This document shows, piece after piece, positions 6,483 through 10,315 of a DNA stretch of 10,315 bases. Location: positions 1-10,315 of IMG/VR virus record IMGVR_UViG_2537561977_000009; one strand, given 5' to 3'. The position numbers and the translations under genes were made by a program. The notes below the pieces were generated by a model. The model had not been told where the DNA came from and made no database searches. It saw only the letters and a program-made list of their open reading frames with translations. Origin of the DNA: a virus. Lineage: Duplodnaviria; Heunggongvirae; Uroviricota; Caudoviricetes. Position 1 is the stretch's first letter. Every line of letters starts with the position of its first letter.

Positions 6483-7391
6483 TCAGAATGTCAGTTTGTC
6501 ACTGGATTTACCGAATTTGTCAGACATGGCTCCCAGGCCAGCCAGGACATCGACCTGTCGCTGTCGCCCACCTCCGGGAGCGGCTGGCTGTTGCCAGAAT
6601 TCTTCGAAGTGACGATCAGGTCCAAAGAACGTCGCTGCCTGCTTCACGAACTGTGTGCCGTTATTTCCTGTAGCACGTATCCAGGCGGCATACCGCTTCA
6701 CGCCATCAAGCATGGTTTCGGGTGTCACACCTTCCCTGATTCGGGCTTTCCAGGCTTTGAAGGCTGCTGACTTGGAATTGCCACCAGCACGTTTGGGATA
6801 TTCCTGCCAGGCCTGTTCAAATTCCGGTGAATATTCCTGTCGGGCAGAACGTGCTGGTGCAGACGCGTCAGCGGATGCGCCAATAGTGTTTTTACTCTCT
6901 GTAGTATTCTCTGAAGTAATCTCTGTTGTATTCTCTGTAAGATCGAAATTGGTTTTCCCTTCTCCGCGGCGAGGGGTTTCCCGTGTCCGCGGTGAAGGCT
7001 TTCCCTCCTCCGCGAAATTGGGTTTTACAGTTTCCCGAAAACGGGTTTCCCCATTTCGGGAAAACTGATTGTTTTCATTGATAATTTCATTAAGGCGCTC
7101 ACAATCTATACGGTAGAACATTTTGTGCTCAAGACGCTTGTTGGTTTCAACCAAAATGCCTCTGGACACAAGATGCTTACGCGCTACAGCCTGTTGTTCA
7201 AATGTAAGTCCGGTTTCGTGTTGTATCTCTTCACGCGTTTTATGTACGCCTTCCGCTGCATGTGCTTTATCCTGCCAGTAAAAAATCTGACCAAAGAAAA
7301 TAACAGCGTGCGGACTTCCCATGTATTTAACGAGCCCAGGGTAATAAGCAACCGGATGTCCAAAATCGAGCAGAAGATCAGACGGACGCAT
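6483..7391 (-). CDS. Replication initiator (lambda O-like / replisome organiser) with iterons inside the coding sequence
   Basis: Track ORF 6483..7415. Preferred start is ATG 7391 with GGGAGGTGG upstream (4-nt spacer after GGAGGTGG). N-terminal domain (…VAYYPGLVKYMGSPHAVIFFGQIFYWQD…GLTFEQQAVARKHLVSRGILVE) resembles phage replication-initiator DNA-binding domains. A repeat-encoded linker separates it from the C-terminal domain. Sits upstream of the DnaC-like and DnaB-like genes. Confidence 0.7.
   Translation of the reverse strand: MRPSDLLLDFGHPVAYYPGLVKYMGSPHAVIFFGQIFYWQDKAHAAEGVHKTREEIQHETGLTFEQQAVARKHLVSRGILVETNKRLEHKMFYRIDCERLNEIINENNQFSRNGETRFRETVKPNFAEEGKPSPRTRETPRRGEGKTNFDLTENTTEITSENTTESKNTIGASADASAPARSARQEYSPEFEQAWQEYPKRAGGNSKSAAFKAWKARIREGVTPETMLDGVKRYAAWIRATGNNGTQFVKQAATFFGPDRHFEEFWQQPAAPGGGRQRQVDVLAGLGAMSDKFGKSSDKLTF
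6895..7063. repeat. Iteron array and inverted repeats (putative origin of replication) inside the O-like gene
   Basis: Four tandem 12-bp repeats at 6895..6942 (CTCTCTGTAGTA / TTCTCTGAAGTA / ATCTCTGTTGTA / TTCTCTGTAAGA). Three tandem ~23-bp repeats at 6951..7020 (GGTTTTCCCTTCTCCGCGGCGAG / GGGTTTCCCGTGTCCGCGGTGAAG / GCTTTCCCTCCTCCGCGAAATTG). 10-bp inverted repeat TTTCCCGAAA (7031..7040) / TTTCGGGAAA (7054..7063). An AT-rich stretch follows at 7064..7095. Confidence 0.6.
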
Positions 7392-7407
7392 AGCCACCTC
7401 CCAGGCG

Positions 7408-7608
7408 TTAAACATTTCCGGACTGAAACGCCACCAGCGGATAACTCAGGGTATGAGTACGTCCCTGAACCTGGCAGACAACCTTCTGGCTTTCGGTACT
7501 GACCAGGCAAACCCGCAGAACGTGGCCGTTGCTGGTGGTGAACCACTGCCCCACACGGGGGCAATGGTTGTATCGGTGATACAGGAAATTAACGATGTGG
7601 CGGATCAT
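7408..7608 (-). CDS. Hypothetical small protein (66 aa)
   Basis: ATG 7608..7606 preceded by GGAGGTG with a 7-nt spacer, overlapping the upstream ORF stop (ATGA). Product MIRHIVNFLYHRYNHCPRVGQWFTTSNGHVLRVCLVSTESQKVVCQVQG... has several Cys/His. No family recognised. Confidence 0.5.
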   Translation of the reverse strand: MIRHIVNFLYHRYNHCPRVGQWFTTSNGHVLRVCLVSTESQKVVCQVQGRTHTLSYPLVAFQSGNV

Positions 7609-7799
7609 GGGCGCACCTCCGCCGTAGTTACGTATTTAACCGGGCGACCTTTCATTGAGATGGTTTCACACATCTCTGCCGCTTTCAGTTCCGCCGTTTT
7701 TCTGGATTTATAGCGACGGTGCCAGACAGATGTATCCGTACGAACTGATACATCGTTTCTGTATTCCGTCGTGGAGATGATGATTTCGTAACTAATCAT
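7605..7799 (-). CDS. Hypothetical small basic protein (64 aa)
   Basis: ATG 7799..7797 overlaps the Rha-family gene stop (ATGA), and its own stop overlaps the next start (ATGA). Product MISYEIIISTTEYRNDVSVRTDTSVWHRRYKSRKTAELKAAEMCETISMKGRPVKYV... No family recognised. Confidence 0.5.
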   Translation of the reverse strand: MISYEIIISTTEYRNDVSVRTDTSVWHRRYKSRKTAELKAAEMCETISMKGRPVKYVTTAEVRP

Positions 7800-8347
7800 G
7801 AGCGCACCGCCTTGTCAGAACCATTCAGCCTGGAATCAACAAGTGCAGCGCCAAAAACAGCATCTCCTACACGGTCGTACAGTTTGCTCGCCAGCGGAGA
7901 TTCAACGGCCTTAAGCATTGGGTAAAGCTGGCTTGTCCAGATTTGATGGATTTCACGCAAATGCAGGTATACGCCTCTGGCGTTTTGTGCGACAGATGAC
8001 ATGTCAGCCGCACCAGCTCCTGATAAGCTCCTCTCCATCTGGTTAAAGGCATTGATGTATGCCTCTTTGAACCGGGCGGCACGTTTACCAGTGAAGCCCA
8101 TAGCAAGGAAGGCGAAGCCGTCGCGGGTGATTTGGTAGCAGGGAAGTTTGCGGCCTGAAGCGTCGGTATAACCACTTAACACAAAATTGTGTTCAGCAAA
8201 TTCATCGGAGCATTCTAGGTTTCTAATTCTATCTAAAACCCGCTCATGCCGTTTAGTAAAGTAATTAGCTACTGCAAGAGATGTGGTGACAACACGACCA
8301 TTGATGATCGTAATGTCAGGGTGAGATGGGGTTGGGAAAGTAGCCAT
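7796..8347 (-). CDS. Rha-family phage regulatory protein (183 aa from the internal start; the frame is open up to an ATG at 8644, giving an alternative 282-aa form)
   Basis: Rha-domain signature ITIINGRVVTTSLAVANYFTKRHERVLDRIRNLEC...CYQITRDGFAFLAMGFTGKRAARFKEAYINAFNQME. ATG 8347 is preceded by GGAGG with an 8-nt spacer and places the Rha domain at the N-terminus, as is typical. The upstream in-frame ATG 8644 overlaps the Ant-like stop (ATGA) and would add a 99-aa Gly/Ala/Ser-rich extension. Confidence 0.6.
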   Translation of the reverse strand: MATFPTPSHPDITIINGRVVTTSLAVANYFTKRHERVLDRIRNLECSDEFAEHNFVLSGYTDASGRKLPCYQITRDGFAFLAMGFTGKRAARFKEAYINAFNQMERSLSGAGAADMSSVAQNARGVYLHLREIHQIWTSQLYPMLKAVESPLASKLYDRVGDAVFGAALVDSRLNGSDKAVRS

Positions 8348-8640
8348 GATGGCAGCCTCCGTATGCAATGGATAACTTCCACCACCGGAAACGCCAATTT
8401 CGCTGGTGGTGAACTGAGCAGGGTTGGCGTAACCGGCGCATACGGAAACCGGCGCACCTTTCGGTGCCCCCACCCAGCCCACCATAATTTGGGTATAGCT
8501 GAGTTGTAGCGACAAAAAAGACGCTAACGCGCCAATTGTCGCCGTATGCAATTCCAGGACGCCAATCCCGGCCCCCGCTTTATAAGGGGCAGAGACAGTG
8601 TAACGTCCCGAAATTGCAGAATCAATATCTTGGAGAACAA

Positions 8641-9465
8641 TCATGCAGCACCCGCCAGTTCTTTATCGTGAGTAAATTCGCCATTCCAGTTTCTCTTCAT
8701 GGGTAATGCACCTCTAAGATACTGGCGATAAATCCAGACCGCCCCTTTCTGGAGAAGAACTGGTGTGTACGAATAAAACCCTTCTTCATAACCTGAATCG
8801 ATATAGTGGTGACGTTCGGTCAGATACAGATCTCGGGCATATGCCTTTACACGCCATGCGGGGCTTCGCGATTCAGGACGCTCGTCATAAAGCCAGTTGT
8901 GAGCCTCCAGAAATGCTGTGATGCGCTGAACATTTACTCCATTAAGTTGCTTGCAGAACTGAACCGGTGTCATGCCAGGCTGGAATAAATTTTCCAGATG
9001 TTCGATGTATTGGGCCTGACGATGAACGTAACTAATTGCTCTGTTTTTAGCCTCATATTCGTCCGCCCAGGCACGGGCAGCAGCAGCCGGATCGCTAAAA
9101 TCTGGTAGGGATGCCATTGTGGTAAGACAGTAATTCCCCGTTTTACGAATTGAGGGAATTACCTCCGATGTAATCCACCGTTTAAAACGTCTTGCCTGTT
9201 TTTTTCGACTTTTGATAATCAGCGCATAGAGCCCGGATTCATTGACCAGCAAAGGCTTACGTCCCGAACCTAAGTAATCCTTATATTCGGTTTTATCTTC
9301 ATCATCGATGGACTGAAGGGAGATAGCAGTATTTGTCAGCCCCAGCGCGTTACATATATCCACGGCAAAAAACCATGGTGTTGAATCAATGACCACACTA
9401 CGAACTGATGACAACAATTCACCAGTGCTTGATTTAAAATCGAAAACTTTGATATTGTTTTTCAC
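8641..9465 (-). CDS. Antirepressor-like protein with N-terminal Bro-N domain (Ant family)
   Basis: Bro-N signature KVFDFKSSTGELLSSVRSVVIDSTPWFFAVDICNALGL...LLVNESGLYALIIKSRKKQARRFKRWITSEVIPSIRKTG, with an antirepressor-like C-terminal region. Preferred start is GTG 9465 (GGAG with 7-nt spacer). The track ORF runs to ATG 9663, but the extra 66 residues are Arg/Leu/Trp-rich and lie before the domain. Confidence 0.65.
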   Translation of the reverse strand: MKNNIKVFDFKSSTGELLSSVRSVVIDSTPWFFAVDICNALGLTNTAISLQSIDDEDKTEYKDYLGSGRKPLLVNESGLYALIIKSRKKQARRFKRWITSEVIPSIRKTGNYCLTTMASLPDFSDPAAAARAWADEYEAKNRAISYVHRQAQYIEHLENLFQPGMTPVQFCKQLNGVNVQRITAFLEAHNWLYDERPESRSPAWRVKAYARDLYLTERHHYIDSGYEEGFYSYTPVLLQKGAVWIYRQYLRGALPMKRNWNGEFTHDKELAGAA

Positions 9466-9517
9466 GTAATATCTCCGACGATAAACCCGACTGGCCGGTT
9501 TTCTCTGCCGGCCTTTC

Positions 9518-9789
9518 TTATTTCTGCCAACCAATAACCTGAAATAACCCCATTTTCGGGTGATACCAGCGAGTCCCTCGCGGTTCTGCTTCCTCCATAA
9601 CCCGATAAAAAGCAGCCATAAACGGTTCCACAGCAACAATCGCACGACGAGATAACAATCCATCCGGCGTCATAAATTCATGGGTATCGGTAGGGATCTG
9701 ATATGCGTTCACCAGATTGCGACATTTCGCATCTGACATACCGGTTTTTGCTTTCAGCTGGCGATATCCGGCATAGCCCTCACGAATGG
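9518..9789 (-). pseudogene. 3' remnant of a phage ORF truncated at the IS1 junction
   Basis: The frame is open from the IS1 boundary (9789) to stop TAA 9520..9518 (…IREGYAGYRQLKAKTGMSDAKCRNLVNAYQIPTDTHEFMTPDGLLSRRAIVAVEPFMAAFYRVMEEAEPRGTRWYHPKMGLFQVIGWQK). The only internal ATG (9739) has no SD. The track ORF 9518..9964 is chimeric: its first 58 codons are antisense IS1 sequence. Confidence 0.4.
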
Positions 9790-9844
9790 GGTAATGCTGC
9801 CAACTTACTGATTTAGTGTATGATGGTGATTTTAAGGTGCTTGC

Positions 9845-10120
9845 GTGACTTCCATTTCCATCAGATGTCCTTCCTGCTCCGCTACTGAAGGCGTGGTGCG
9901 TAACGGCAAAAGCACTGCCGGACATCAGCGCTATCTCTGCTCTCATTGCCGTAAAACATGGCAACTACAGTTCACTTACACCGCCTCTCAGCCCGGTACG
10001 CACCAGAAAATCATTGATATGGCCATGAATGGCGTCGGATGTCGCGCCAGTGCACGCATTATGGGCGTTGGCCTCAACACGGTTTTACGTCACTTAAAAA
10101 ACTCAGGCCGCAGTCGGTAA
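9845..10120 (+). CDS. insA: IS1 InsA (transposition inhibitor / N-terminal part of InsAB' transposase)
   Basis: GTG start 9845. 91-aa product [91 protein letters not shown] with a zinc-finger and HTH, matching IS1 InsA closely. Confidence 0.9.
   Translation: MTSISIRCPSCSATEGVVRNGKSTAGHQRYLCSHCRKTWQLQFTYTASQPGTHQKIIDMAMNGVGCRASARIMGVGLNTVLRHLKNSGRSR
10094..10104 (+). other. IS1 programmed -1 ribosomal frameshift site (A6C motif) linking insA to insB'
   Basis: TTAAAAAACTC at 10094..10104 near the insA 3' end. Reading in the -1 frame from here gives [45 protein letters not shown]..., which matches InsB. Confidence 0.8.
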
Positions 10121-10315
10121 CCTCGCGCATACAACCGGGCAGTGATGTGATTGTCTGCGCTGAAATGGACGAACAGTGGGGCTACGTCGGTGCTAAATCA
10201 CGTCAGCGCTGGCTGTTTTACGCGTATGACAGGATACGGAGGACGGTTGTGGCGCACGTCTTCGGTGAACGCACTCTGGCCACACTGGAGCGTCTTCTGA
10301 GCCTGCTGTCGGCCT
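10102..10315 (+). CDS. insB: IS1 insB' reading frame (partial; made as InsAB' fusion by frameshifting; truncated by the window end)
   Basis: The -1 frame relative to insA is open from the frameshift site to the window end, encoding ...[50 protein letters not shown]. Confidence 0.8.

Larger units (their letters stand above)
9790..10315 (+). mobile_element. IS1: IS1-family insertion sequence, left 526 bp (continues beyond the window end)
   Basis: Left terminal inverted repeat GGTAATGCTGCCAACTTACTGAT at 9790..9812, then insA, the A6C frameshift motif and the insB' frame. Matches the IS1 sequence and organisation as I remember it, with scattered substitutions. Confidence 0.9.

Noticed and set aside
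6655-7068. 137-aa plus-strand ORF over the iteron region (and 7125..7502 plus, 7184..7564 minus, 7867..8175 minus)
   Set aside because: All overlap the O-like or Rha-like genes in alternative frames and owe their openness to GC-rich or repetitive sequence. No RBS support.
9466-9663. First 66 codons of the 340-aa track ORF for the Ant-like protein
   Set aside because: Arg/Leu/Trp-rich sequence unlike protein, ahead of a GTG start with a good RBS placed right at the Bro-N domain. This region overlaps the end of the truncated upstream ORF in another frame.
9518-9964. 148-aa minus-strand ORF as one intact protein
   Set aside because: It crosses the IS1 boundary at 9789/9790: the N-terminal 58 codons are antisense to the IS1 left end and insA. 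Only the portion below 9790 is phage-derived.

Overview
The window is the early-right to late/lysis segment of a lambdoid prophage, with every phage gene on the minus strand, ending in a partial IS1 on the plus strand. Reading the minus strand from high to low coordinates: IS1 junction and a truncated ORF; a Bro-N antirepressor-like gene; a Rha-family regulator; two small translationally coupled ORFs; an O-like replication initiator carrying iteron repeats (likely ori) inside its coding sequence; a small Cys/His ORF; a DnaC-like helicase loader; a DnaB-like helicase broken by a 1-nt frameshift; a small helical ORF; NinH-like; antiterminator Q; a tR'-like terminator; four tandem tRNAs (Ile-CAU, Arg-UCU, Thr-UGU, Gly-UCC); a phage-21-type dual-start pinholin S; an unassigned 209-aa ORF; a SAR-type endolysin R; nested Rz/Rz1 spanins; a terminator; and a partial KilA-N gene. 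The IS1 insertion and the helicase frameshift suggest a defective (cryptic) prophage. I found no convincing multi-gene defence or toxin system. The best candidates for something new are the 209-aa ORF inside the lysis cassette, the repeat-rich stretch upstream of the Rha domain, and the small coupled ORFs. All calls come from reading the sequence and from remembered family patterns; no database search was run. CDS coordinates include the stop codon.
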